DNA of 64,000 nucleotides from Neocallimastix sp. 'constans'. Its lineage: Eukaryota. The stretch spans positions 372,001-436,000 of the forward strand of contig JBODTK010000010.1 in assembly GCA_050613775.1 (NCBI GenBank). Reading direction: 5' to 3'. A program made the position numbers and the translations under genes. Under the pieces are notes generated by a model. That model worked only from the letters and a program-made list of their open reading frames with translations. It was not told the DNA's origin and did not search any database. How positions within the stretch are numbered: position 1 is the stretch's first letter; every line of letters begins with the position of its first letter. Shown piece after piece: positions 14,844 to 28,621 of this stretch.

Positions 14844-16875
14844 TTATTGATTATTTTCATTGTTATTTGGTGTGAAGGTATCAACAACATCTGATGTAGT
14901 ATCTACGATAGGTTTAATGAAGTTAATGTAAATATAAAGGAAGAGAAGAAGAAGAAGTACAGCAACAATGATTGTTATAATCCATAATGTCTATTATTTA
15001 AAAATTTAATAATTACATTTTAAAATTTTAAAATTATAATTGTTATTTATTGAATTTAAAAATATATATATATATTCTTTTTAAAAATTATACGTTATAT
15101 CTTTGTTTATTAATAATTACCTTTCTACTATTCTTACGCTTTTCAACAGCCTTAACCATTTCATTAGAGGCTTGTTCAACAGCTTCTTCAGCTTGATCAA
15201 TTGTATCTTCTATAGTAATTATCTTTTCATTTTGAGTAACTAACATAGTTTGCATATCTTGGAATGCATATAATAATTCCTTTTTTTAATAATAATAATA
15301 TATTTATATATATTAATAATATTAATAGTTATAAAAATTATAATAAAAAAGTTAATTAATAACCTTTTATAACAAATTTCTTTAAAAATAAGTAAAAAAT
15401 AAGTAAAAATATATATATAATAGAACACATACTTCAATAGATTGTTCAATTCTCTTCATTTCAGCATTTCTATCTTGGGATTCTTTGTATGCTCTCTTTG
15501 AAAGTTGTGTACTAGATAATTCTTTAATAAATACTGGTTCATTATTATTTTCTTCAAATGCCTTTTGAATTTCAGATTCAGTAGCTGCACTGTTAGCTAT
15601 TATTTATACAATAAATTTTTTATTAATATTTTATTAAAAATAATAACCGCTTATCTGTAATTTATTATTATTACTATTATTTAATTTCTATATTAAAAAC
15701 AATTTATAAATAAAAATAAAACATATAAAAAAAAAAAAAAAAAAAAAAACATACTAATTCTATATTGATGCTTAAACATCTTGTATGCTTCCTTTTGATT
15801 TTCTTCTTTAACTCTATTATATTCAGCGAAAGTATCCTTAAAATCTTTAGCAATTTTTCTTTGGAAAGAAACACGAAGTGGAGTGTTCTTATCCTTTGGA
15901 CCACTCTTAGTTTTTTGACCAAGAACTAAAATTTCATTACCAACATCTCTCAATCTACTTGAAACTTCTAAATTTAATTTATCCAATAATTCATTGGTTT
16001 CATATACTTTTGAGGTATTAACATTGGTTCTTAATTGGGCACCAAGTTTTCTCATTTGATTAATATCATTGGTGGCAATATCTAATTCTCTTTGTATATG
16101 TTTAATCTTTTATTTTTTTTTTTTAAATAATAAATAATTTTTTTTTTATATATATAATATATAACACATTTTTTTTTTAAATAATAAATAATTTTTTTAT
16201 ATATATATAATATATAACACAATATTAGTAAATTAAATAATATTTTATTATAAATTTTATAATTCATTCCTTTGAAAGTACAAAAACATAAAAATATTAT
16301 TATAATAATAACAATTTAAATTTAAACTATACTCAGTTATTAAATTTTATTATAATATTTTTATTTACCTTACTATCAAATTCTTCATCAACAACAATTT
16401 GAGTCATTTCTGGTTTTTGATTACTGATATCACCTTGTTTAAATTCAGTTGGATAATTATTATCACTCTTTATATTATTTATTGGTTGAATTATTTTTAT
16501 TATTATATCATTAAAATAATTTAGAATTAATATTATACGTCGTTTAGGTTATTAATAAAATATTTTTACAAAAATTAATTGTTTGTTTAACCAAATTCAT
16601 TAAGAATAATTGTTATTATTATTTATTAAAAAATATTTTTTATATTTAATTTTATTATTTATTAATTTCATAAATATTCAATTATTTAAAAATATATATT
16701 AAGTATATAAAAATAATAATAATAATAATAAAAGAATTATTATGGTTTTCATATTTTCATAATCAAAATAACATAAATTACTTTTTTAAATTATAAATAT
16801 ATATATTTTTATTTTTATAAAATAAAAAAAAAAGTTTAAGTTTACTTTTAAGGCAGAAATAAGATCGCGATTCAT
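14844..16875 (-). CDS. Syntaxin (Sso1/syntaxin-1-like Qa-SNARE), 6 exons, ~316 aa
   Basis: Exons (minus strand): 16875-16846, 16467-16369, 16106-15755, 15596-15433, 15279-15121, 14990-14844. N-peptide MNRDLISALK, Habc-like helices, SNARE motif RNAEMKRIEQSIEELLYAFQDMQTMLVTQNEKIITIE with the 0-layer Q, then RKNSRK and a TM helix. Confidence 0.9.
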
Positions 16876-17822
16876 TTTTATTTATATTTTCCTTTTTATT
16901 ATTTATAGTTAGTGTAGTAAAAATAAATTATTACGATAAATTAATATTATTAAAAAAATAAGAAGAAAATAAAGTAAATAAAAGTATATCGAAAGTAAAT
17001 TTTAAATAGAGAAGCAATTATTTTTTTTTTTTTTTTTAAGGTATAAAAAGAGGGAAATAAATATAATAAATTTTAAATAATAATATTATTATTTAATATA
17101 ACTTTTTATAATGATTAATCAATATATTAAAAAAATTTTTTTTCTATTTAATATTTTATTTTTGTTTCTTTTTTATCAGTTTTTATTAGTATTCCTTTAT
17201 TTATATTTATATAAATAATTATTTATATCTTTTATATCATTATTTATGACTTTATTTCGATTAAATAGAATTTAATTTAATCATATATTATTATATATGT
17301 TACATTATTATTTTAATTAAGTAGAAATAAATGATTAACATATATTATTAATTGAATAAATTTAATATATTATATATTGATTCAAGACTTTCCATAGCAT
17401 AAATAAGTAAAATAATATATATTAATATTTATTATAATATATAAATATATATTTTATTTACATAATATTTATATTACAAAATTTAATTTATATTTTAATA
17501 GTATAATATAATACAATATATTATTATAATATATTGGACGAGGCTATTTTAGGTATACTATTAATCATTCACAGTCACCAATCTTAATTATTATTGATTC
17601 TTTTACTCTATTTATATCATATTAAATAGTTTCAAATAGAACTATATTAATAGGCTTTTTTATTATTATTATTATTATATAAATAAATTTAATATATTAT
17701 AAATAGTAATCTAATATTAATATTTATCTTCAAAAAATATATTGAATAAAAAAAAATTATCACCATTAAATAATTATTATAACTACTATATTTCTATATT
17801 ATTAATTAATTTTTACAATTTT

Positions 17823-17904
<82 letters not shown>

Positions 17905-17937
17905 TATTTAATAATTATTATTTAGTTAATAATTATT

Positions 17938-19225
17938 ATTTATTATTTATTATTTATTATTTATTATTTATTATTTATTATTTATTATTTATTATTTATT
18001 ATTTATTATTTATTATTTATTATTTATTATTTATTATTTATTATTTATTATTTATTATTTATTATTTATTATTTATTATTTATTATTTATTATTTATTAT
18101 TTATTATTTATTATTTATTATTTATTATTTATTATTTATTATTTATTATTTATTATTTATTATTTATTATTTATTATTTATTATTTATTATTTATTATTT
18201 ATTATTTATTATTTATTATTTATTATTTATTATTTATTATTTATTATTTATTATTTATTATTTATTATTTATTATTTATTATTTATTATTTATTATTTAT
18301 TATTTATTATTTATTATTTATTATTTATTATTTATTATTTATTATTTATTATTTATTATTTATTATTTATTATTTATTATTTATTATTTATTATTTATTA
18401 TTTATTATTTATTATTTATTATTTATTATTTATTATTTATTATTTATTATTTATTATTTATTATTTATTATTTATTATTTATTATTTATTATTTATTATT
18501 TATTATTTATTATTTATTATTTATTATTTATTATTTATTATTTATTATTATTTATTATTTATTATTTATTATTTATTATTTATTATTTATTATTTATTAT
18601 TTATTATTTATTATTTATTATTTATTATTTATTATTTATTATTTATTATTTATTATTTATTATTTATTATTTATTATTTATTATTTATTATTTATTATTT
18701 ATTATTTATTATTTATTATTTATTATTATTTATTATTATTATTTATTATTTATTATTTATTATTTATTATTTATTATTTATTATTTATTATTTATTATTT
18801 ATTATTTATTATTTATTATTTATTATTTATTATTTATTATTTATTATTTATTATTTATTATTTATTATTTATTATTTATTATTATTACTTATTATTTATT
18901 ATTTATTATTTATTATTTATTATTTATTATTTATTATTTATTATTTATTATTTATTATTTATTATTTATTATTTATTATTTATTATTTATTATTTATTAT
19001 TTATTATTTATTATTATTTATTATTTATTATTTATTATTTATTATTTATTATTTATTATTTATTATTTATTATTTATTATTTATTATTTATTATTTATTA
19101 TTTATTATTTATTATTTATTATTTATTATTTTATTATTTATTATTTATTATTTATTATTTATTATTTATTATTTATTATTTATTATTTATTATTTATTAT
19201 TTATTATTTATTATTTATTATTTAT
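17938..19225. repeat. ~1.3 kb (TATTATT)n heptamer satellite
   Basis: Near-perfect 7-bp periodicity; it explains the spurious ORF 17742-19328 (YYLLFII repeats). Confidence 0.95.
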
Positions 19226-19446
19226 TAATTATTATAAATTATTTATTATTTATTATTTATTATTTATTATTTATTATTTATTATTAATTATTTGTTTTTT
19301 TTTTTTGTTTGTTTGTTTATTTATTTAATAAATCAATCATATTTATCTTGTATGTTTCTTTTGCTTGCTTTTTATATTTTATTAATATTATATATGAATT
19401 TTATTATATAGTGATGCATCTTAAAAACACAATCTTCATTTAAAAT

Positions 19447-19517
<71 letters not shown>

Positions 19518-20020
19518 CTAAAATTTTTTTTGTTTCATATGAAGTATAATTATATTAAAAAAAATTACATTATTTAAATATTTTTATTATTAATATTCAA
19601 ATGCAATAAATAAAACCTTTTTTTTCCTTACTTTATTTTTATTATTATTATTATTATAATTATATTAATATAACTTTGTTTTATTATTATTATAATTACT
19701 TTATATAATTATAAATATAATCGATTAATTACTCTATATAGATATACATAAAATCGAAAAATAGTTTCATGAATATTCATTAAATTATTATTAATATCAT
19801 TAATTAAAAATTAAATATAAATTATTTACTTTTTAAAGTCTGTATTACAATTGAAATAATTGATATTAAATTTTGTTTATTTACACATTAAAATAATATT
19901 AATTATTTATTTTTTCTCTGATTGTTATTATAATTATTATTATTATTTATTATTATTTATTATTATTTATTATTATTTATTATTATTTATAATTATTTAT
20001 TCTTTATTTTTAGTCCAATT

Positions 20021-20200
20021 GATATTATAATTATTATTATTTATTGTCATTCTTTATTTTTACTGTGATTGTTATTATAATTATTATAATTATTATTTAT
20101 TGTCATTTATTCTTTATTTTTACTGTGATTGTTATTATAATTATTATAATTATTATTTATTGTCATTTATTCTTTATTTTTACTGTGATTGTTATTTATT
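20021..20200. repeat. ~60-bp tandem minisatellite, about 3 copies
   Basis: ttgtcatttattctttatttttactgtgattgttattataattattataattattattta recurs at 60-bp spacing. Confidence 0.85.
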
Positions 20201-20612
20201 ATTTATTTTTACTCTAATTATTATTATAATTATTATTCTTTATAATTGTGTATTTAATTTCAGTATGCATCTATTAATAAAATTTTAGAATAAATTCTAT
20301 ATAAAAAAAAAATAAATAAATAAATAAATAAAATAATAAAATAAAAAAAAAAAAAAAAACAATAACAATTTCTTATTTGCTATGATTATTATATTAAAAA
20401 TAATAATATAGAAAAGTATCTTTATATTCATGTTAATTATAATATTTTTTTAAAAATATTAATTATAGTACTTATATTCATTAAAAAAGTTGAACTACTT
20501 TTTCATCTCCATACAATTAAATAAATAAAAGAATAAAATTTTTAATTATATTCATTAAAAAAGCTGAACTATCTTTTTCATCTCCATAAAACTAAATAAA
20601 AGAATAAAATTA

Positions 20613-20905
20613 TTAATTTTATACTATTTCATATTTCCTTATAATTTTTAATTTTATACTATTTTATATTATTTCATATTTCCTTATAATTTTTAATTTT
20701 ATACTATCTTATACTATTTCATATTTCCTTATAATTTTTAATTTTATACTATACTATTTCATATTTCCTTGTAATTTTCAATTTTATACTATTTTATACT
20801 ATTTCATATTTCCTTATAATTTTTAATTTTATACTATTTTATACTATTTCATATTTCCTTATAATTTTTAATTTTATACTATACTATTTCATATTTCCTT
20901 ATAAT
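20613..20905. repeat. Tandem minisatellite (~47-52 bp variable unit, about 6 copies)
   Basis: Recurrent atactatttcatatttccttataatttttaattttatact. Confidence 0.85.
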
Positions 20906-21506
20906 ATTTTAATTATATAAAATTACATTAAAATAGAATTATACAATAACATAATTTTTGTATTAGTAAAACATAGAAAAAAAAATAAATAAATACAAAT
21001 AAATAAATAGTATTAATTATTCTCATTATGTCAACTATTAAAGAAATCAATTGATAATTAGCTATTTTTAATTCCATTTACGTGTTATTATTTGATTTTT
21101 TTTTCGTATAAATAATATATGTATATATATATATAATTTCATAACATTAAAACAATAAATAGTTAAAAGTAATTTTTATTATATCTTAAATTTTTAAAAA
21201 TTATAAAGATATCATATCATTTTCTTTATATAAAGATAAAAGTATTATATTACAACATGTATTTTATATCATAAATAGAATAAATTTATATATTTTATAG
21301 TATATATCAAAGATGTGTTTTGAACCTATTTTTAATACATTTATCAAAAGTAACAAAAAGAACCTTTTATATATATACTCCAATGCACATTGTTCGTTTA
21401 GTATCTATTTTACAGGATACATCTCACCGAACTTCATATTTGTGTTTCCATACTTTAATAGGAGAAACGCAATCCCACAACATTAGATGCTTCACACTAG
21501 AAATAA

Positions 21507-21602
21507 TTAACATAATAAATGTTTAAACTTATTCTGTATTTTGACACTTAAATTTTATATATACAGAATAAGTTTAAACATTTATTATGTTAAGTGTCAA
21601 AA
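21507..21602. repeat. Perfect 33-bp inverted repeat with an interlocking 13-bp inverted repeat
   Basis: 21507-21539 is the exact reverse complement of 21561-21593. 21539-21551 is the exact reverse complement of 21590-21602. Confidence 0.9.
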
Positions 21603-21780
21603 ATTTATAGAATTTAAACTTCGATCTATATTATTTAGTTAAAAAATTTTTTTTAAAAAATCAAAAAATCACAAAAATATCAGATAAAAAAAAAATTAAT
21701 TATTTGTATATCCTTTTCAAAATAATATATGTTTTTATATATTATATTTTTGATATATATTTTAATATGATTTTCTCTTT

Positions 21781-22034
21781 TTATTTATTTATTTATTTAT
21801 TTATTTTTTTATTTAACGACCGTAGCAGGATTTCTCCCCAGCTGTACATCTTGTAGACACACAATGGTTTATAACTAGAGCCCTTATCTAACTTCCTACT
21901 TTAGTAGGTGGTCCCGTCCCTGCTGGACTGCCTTACAGTTACTCTGCATTGGCGCTCCTTACCCAAGTATAATTACTGCTTGTCATTGTACGATAATCTT
22001 ACAATTGGGTCTTGCAGCCACAATCTCCGGGATC
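21781..22034 (-). mobile_element. Short retroposon (probable 5'-truncated SINE) carrying the shared RNA motif
   Basis: GC-rich island. On the minus strand it starts GATCCCGG (resembles the end of a tRNA T-arm), contains gagcgccaatgcagagtaactgtaaggcagtccagcaggg (similar to LINE 61539-61579), and ends ...CGTT plus an A/(TAAA)n tail. Confidence 0.65.
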
Positions 22035-22188
22035 ATATTTATTTTTTTCTTAATATAATTTTTCATTATTTTTACTTTCATAATATAATTATGATGATAT
22101 CACAATAAGTTATATATCGTATTAAATTATAAAATCAAAATTATATATTATTTTTTGTTCATTATTAAATTCCTTGGTTATTGGTTTT

Positions 22189-22408
<220 letters not shown>

Positions 22409-23074
22409 TAGCTTTGTTCAGATAAGTTGCATTTCGAAATGTGGCGTATAAATTATAATTTAACATCATAAAAATATTTATTTAAATATTGAATTAAAAA
22501 TATTTTATTATAAAAGTAAGAAAGTAAGTGAAACTAATCGAGTAGCAGAACAAATTATTATTAACAAAATATATATATATAACTTTCCATCCAAAAAAAA
22601 AAAAAAGGATAATTCTATAGTATATAATTGTATTGAATATAAAACTTTAAATAAATGTAAATATTTTTCATTTTTTAAAATGATACGAAGGTAATTTTAA
22701 AATATGGTAGTTTACATAATCATTTTGAAAAAGAATTTGATGCATCTACCTCAATTGTAAAACATAAAATTAAAATCAAAGATGAAATTAGAATAAATTC
22801 AATTCCTTTTAGGTATAAAAAACCTAAATGTATATTTAATGGAGTTTCACAAGAAATGGAAATTTTATATATCCAGAATATAATGCGATTAAATCCACAA
22901 ATAACAAGAATTTTTAAATAAATAACTACCTCCTAATGTAACAAAAAGTTTATGAAATTCCTAATAAGTCAAAATATTATAAAAATAATAAAAAATGAGA
23001 ATTTTATGATATTCAAAAAAATCCAAATTTAGTAATCTTCCAATCTCCACTCCTAGTAAAATTATTCATGAAAT

Positions 23075-23528
23075 GGGGTCGCTGTGTTGGCTCAATCGGT
23101 TAAGGATAATACAGGTTACTGTAGAATCCTTGGTTTGATTCCCGACACAACCATATAATATGCTTCAAGGTTTCTATCCTGGGGTATCATAAAACCACAA
23201 TTGGATCCAAATGGCTTTCCCTTGTCAGCATATTGGAACCATCCCCTGAGATACTACGCTACGACTAATTTATAGGCATTGATGATATTATGTCCTCACG
23301 TCAATGATTACACCTACTGGAGGGATGAATGGTTTCCCATTTAAATGATCATGGTCAATGGAGATACATGTAGGAATGTTAGGGAATACAACCCCAGGCA
23401 GATATGTAACGACGTGTGAAAGGACGACGCGTACCAGTATGGCAGTATATCACATTTAACAGTTATATCTGTTATGGTCATAATTGGAAATGGGTACTCA
23501 TTATCTGTGTCTAAATTATTATTATTTT
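23075..23528 (+). mobile_element. tRNA-derived SINE inserted in MULE relic A
   Basis: A-box TGGCTCAATCGG at 23088-23099, B-box-like GGTTTGATTCC at 23132-23142, acceptor-like gctgtgt/acacaac. Ends GTCT plus an (ATT)n tail. TSD ttattcatgaaat (23062-23074) / ttattaatgaaat (23529-23541). Removing it rejoins transposase sequence. Confidence 0.85.
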
Positions 23529-24057
23529 TTATTAATGAAATATTATTAAGATATATTTTCAGATGGTACCTTTTATAATTCACCTAAATTTAGTTATCAA
23601 GTGTTCATTACTAGAACCTATATTAAATATTTAAATAGCTTTTATACTACTTTTCTTTGATATTAAAAAATAAAGAAAATAAAAAGCAAACCACTTATGA
23701 GAAGTTATTTGAAGAAATAATAAAAAAAAATGCTAATAAATAAACAATTATACTATAATTATTTCGAAAAAAAAAAAAAAAAATTCATTGTCATTTTGAA
23801 AAAGGCATATCAAATGCTGTAGATAAAAATATATCCAAATATAAATATTAAATATTGTATTTGGAACTATAAAAGAGCATTAGAGTTTATAAAAAAAAAT
23901 TGAATTATGTTATAATGAAGTAAAATTTAATAATATATATATTTATTATAACGTGATTTCGAACTTACCTTTTGTAAATTCTGAATATATAATTAATATT
24001 TATAGTAAATTAGCCATGAAACAAATAATAATGATAAATTTTTGAAATTTTTAGAAT

Positions 24058-24117
<60 letters not shown>

Positions 24118-24300
24118 AAATTATAAATATTAGAATTAAGAACATATAGTAAATAATGCATCAGAATCATTCAATAATTATTTAAATAATTTATTTTCAA
24201 GAAACCTTCATTTTGTAAATTAATATATATATTAAAACAAGAAGAATCAAGAATTTTTATCTTATAACCATTACAAAAAAGGTTAAGGTACAGGAATTTG

Positions 24301-24332
<32 letters not shown>

Positions 24333-24720
24333 AGAGAGAGAGAATTAGAGAAAAACTGATGAAATCAATATTTTAATAGAAAAATACAAAACTACAGAAT
24401 CCAAATTAATGGATAATGGATGACTTTGAAATGAAATTGTTGAATTATGGTTTAAATGTTTAATTAATTCAAATAATAATATAAATACTAATTTGTAATA
24501 AATGACAGTGAAATGATCAAATATAAAAATTAAAAGATTACATTATTAATAATTAAAATTATTCATAATAAAAAATCCATAATTGTTCAAAGTTTTATAC
24601 TTTTTGACAAATTTAATAATAATATATATATATAAAAATAATAATAAAAATAATAAAAATAAAAAAATCTTTAACCCTAATTTGACATTATTCATTAAAT
24701 TTATTTATTTATTAGTTTAT

Positions 24721-25386
24721 AGGAGTGGGGCATTTCGCCAGCTTGCAGTTCGCCAAATTTTTTGAAAGCATGTTGCCTATTAAAAAAAAGTTGCATTTCA
24801 CCAAATTGAAAATTATAAAATAAATAAATAAATAAATAAAATTAAATATTATTAATATTGATATATTTATATTTTTAAAGAAAATATTTAAATATTAAAA
24901 AAAAAAAAAAAATCATATATAAATATCTTTATAAATATCTGTTTAAATAAATAAATAATAAATAATTGATAAATAATAAATAATATAATGAAAAAAATAA
25001 TATAAACAGTATAGTAATCATTATATAAGAATTGTCTTTAATAATAATAATGAGGATTAAAATTATAAATAATTATTATTATTATTAACAAACATATATA
25101 TATATTTGAATTAATAAAAATAATATTTAACTACTTCAGAAAAACATAAAAAAGTTTTTTTTTATAGCATTTTAATGCCATAAAATTAATAATAAATAAT
25201 ATATAATAAATAATAAATAAATAATATAAGCTTTAGCAATAATTACAGAAACATCAATAATAATATTTTTATCATAACAATGAAAATAATAATAATAAAA
25301 AAATAAATATAAAATTATAAAAATTTTTAATCTTATATATTAAAAAATATAATAATCTCATAAATATTTTATATTTATTAGTTACA

Positions 25387-25436
<50 letters not shown>

Positions 25437-26474
25437 TTTAAAATATAAAAGAATTAAAGATAAGATTTGGATAATTAATCTTCATTCAAAATATATATAT
25501 TTAAAAATGTATAAATAAGATTTGAATAATTAATCTTCATTTAAAATATATATAATTATATTATTAAAATTAATGATTAAAATATTTAATTAGAAACTGA
25601 GAAAAATCAAGAAATTGAAATATGCAAAACTAATAGAGGAAAAGAGCAAATTATTTTAAACAGAAAATATAAATTTTTAAAGATGAAATTTCAAATAGTT
25701 CAACTCTTTTTAATGTAAATATATAAAACGTAAATATGATGAAATTTCTCAAGGTAAGGGTCTTATATGTCCTAGATATAATTCAATTAAATCCCAAGTA
25801 ACAAGAAGTAGAAGAAAACAGCTACCTCCTGATATAACAACATTTGATGAAATTCCCAATGAATCATAATATTGAAAAACAAAAAGGGATAAAAATTTTA
25901 CGATATTCAAAAATAATGATTTTAATTATTTTTTAATCTCCATTTCCAAGCATAATTATTTTCTAAAAATAAATACATTTTTGGGGATGGCACATTTTAT
26001 ACTGCACCTATATTTAGTTATCAAGTATTCATAACTAAAACCTATGTTACAGAATTAAATTGTTTTTACACAACTTCCTTTTCTATATTAAAAAATAAAA
26101 AGCAAACAACTTATGAAATATTATTTGAAGAAATAAAAAAAAAAAAATTCCAGTAAATATAATAGTATTGAAATTACACTAAAAAATATTTCATTAGGAT
26201 TTTGAAAAAGCCATATCTAATGTTGCAGAAAAAGTTTTTATTAATGCAAATATTAAAATTGTATATGGCATTTTAAAAGAGCATTAAAAATTCAAAAACA
26301 AAAAAAATGAATTATGTGATAATAAAGTTGAAAAAATAAAAGATTTATATATTTATTGTAAAAATATTTCGAAGTTTCCTTTTATTAATCCTGAATATAT
26401 ATATGATATTTATAGTAAAATAAAGTATGAGTGCCAAGAACATAATTATGTTCAATTTTTAAAATTTTTAGAAT

Positions 26475-26517
<43 letters not shown>

Positions 26518-27135
26518 AAAAACTATTTAATTAGCTATGAAACTAAAAATTGGAATTATTATGATAATATTGATATTAAAAATAATGGGGGATCGTGCAT
26601 TTTGCAATATGGCGTATAAATATTTTTAAAAATAATAGACATACATTTTTAAGATATTCTATACAATCATAAATAAATATATATTAATATTTTAAAAGAA
26701 ATAATAATATTTTTTTTTTCATTTTTTCAATTAAATATTATTAAATAATTATCTCAAAAGAAATAATAATATATTTTATTAAAAAAGAATTATAAAAAAT
26801 TATTTTTATAATTGAATATTAATAAATTATATATATAAAAAAAAGAATATTTATTATTAATTTAATTATTATTAATTATTAAAAAAATACGCCACATACA
26901 AAATACGCCACATCGCGAAATGCACGATTGAGAAACGAACTAGATTCCAAATAATGTTTCAGAACCTTTTAATAAATACTTAAAAAAAAAAAAAAAAAAA
27001 AAAAAAACTTTTTTTCAATTATTATCGGAATTGCAAAAAAAAAAAAAAAAATCCAAATATTACATTGATTACGAAAGGAGAACTGCTGGAATTTTAAAAA
27101 AAAAAAGTTTTTTTTTTTTTACTTGGCACTCTCCC
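24721..27135 (+). mobile_element. Degraded MULE relic B (transposase pseudogene ~25580-27095)
   Basis: Left end aggagtggggcatttcg, right end rc gggagagtgcc. 9-bp TSD ttagtttat (24712-24720) / ttaatttat (27136-27144). Transposase remnants include IFGDGTFYTAPIFSYQVFITKTY and NWNYYDNI. Confidence 0.78.
26588..26948. mobile_element. MULE-type MITE inserted into the relic B transposase
   Basis: TIR ggggatcgtgcattttgcaatatggcgtat versus the rc of 26894-26929 (aatcgtgcatttcgcgatgtggcgtat). Flanking duplication aaataatg at 26580-26587 and 26949-26956. Confidence 0.75.
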
Positions 27136-28621
27136 TTAATTTATTTTTAAATTTAATTTAAAAAATTTTGAAACACCACATTTTCCAAAATACAACACTT
27201 CCATATATTTGTAATAATTATATTTATAATAGTAATAATATCAAAATTTATATTATATTAGAAAAATTAACAATTTTTGAAAAAAAATTTTTTATATTTA
27301 ATATCTAAAAAGTTAACGATTATTATATTAGGAAATTTTATACCCTCCGAATAATTTTTTAAATACATACTTTTAATAATATTAAGCATGTACTGTTTAA
27401 ACTTATTAATAATAAAAGAGTGTGTTGCACTTCGGAACGTCTCTTTATATAATTTATGAAGTAGTTAAATTCACCGTTAATTTAAAAATGATTCAAATTA
27501 TATTAAATAAATAAATTATTTTTTTCTTTTTTATTTTTAATAATTTGTTCTTTTTCTTTATTTATTTCACTAATTCCGATTTTTGGTTTTTTTTTTTTTT
27601 CCTTTTTTTTAATGGTTAAAATAAAAAATATTTATTTATAATTGTTAGCATTAACAAATAATTAATTCAATAAATAAATATAATTAATAATAAAAAAAAT
27701 TAATTATAATTTATTATTTATTTATTTAATTTCAAGCGTGTAATGAGAAAAAAAAATTTTTTTTTTGTGTAAATAAAAAATAAAAATAAAAATAAACCAT
27801 TTATATTTATTTCTACTTAACAAGATATTTAAAAAAAGGGGAGTGTGCATTTCGAAAATTTTTATTACATAAATTTGTATTTTGTTGTATGGCTTAAATA
27901 TTTTTAATTTTAAGCCACTTAATTTTATTAAAAATTTAATGAATAATTATTAATTAATTAAATAAATAAAATTACAATTTTCAAAAGTTTTCAAACACGT
28001 AATCTTACGTGGGGCGTATATCTAATTGTATCATAATTTTGTGGCTTTTTTCTACAATTTTTAAAAAGCCATATATTCACAATATGGCGTGAATAATAAA
28101 TGTGGTGATATTTTATGACGAAAATTTATAAGCCACCAAGAATTTGGCGAAATTTAACTGGACGAAATTCAACTTTTGGCGAAATACAACACTTCAATAA
28201 ATAATAATTAGGTTAGGTATTTCTATTTAACATTGAAAAATAAAATAAAAATAAATAAACATTTTATTTTTTAAGCATCAAAAAATAAAAAAAAAAAAAA
28301 AAAAAAAAAAATAAGAAATAAGAAAACTTCTTTTTTAAACATTAAAAAATAAAATAAAAATAAATAAAAATTTATTTTTTAAGCATTAAAAAATAAAAAA
28401 AATAAAGTAAAACAAAAAAAATAAAAAATAAAAATAAAAATAAATAAATAAAATAGTAAATAAAGAAATAATAAATAATTAATAATTAAATAATTATTTA
28501 AATAATTATATAATTAATTAAAAAAAGGTTTATTATTTTAAATATTAAAAAAAAAAAAAAAGTTTCAAAGCATTTAAAAGTAAATTTATTAAAATATTTT
28601 ATTGAAAAATTTTAATTATTA

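Larger units (their letters stand above)
22421..27202 (+). mobile_element. Degraded MULE relic A (transposase pseudogene ~22480-24490) hosting a SINE and relic B
   Basis: Fragments align with the intact transposase (QSP, IFSDGTFY, FSYQVFITRTY, KYCIW, NNASES). Candidate TIRs: 22421 (ttgcatttcgaaatgtggcg) and 27171-27202 (rc ttgtattttggaaaatgtggtg). No TSD was found, so the outer boundaries are tentative. Confidence 0.7.

Noticed and set aside
17742..19328. 528-aa ORF of YYLLFII repeats
   Set aside because: Translation of a stop-free heptamer satellite.
21920..21960. Twister- or hammerhead-type ribozyme identity for the shared motif
   Set aside because: Only superficial similarity (GCCAAUGC); the required pseudoknot and core nucleotides could not be placed.
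23079..23153. Functional tRNA gene
   Set aside because: Degenerate anticodon arm, mutated B-box and no T-run terminator; it is the head of a TSD-flanked SINE.
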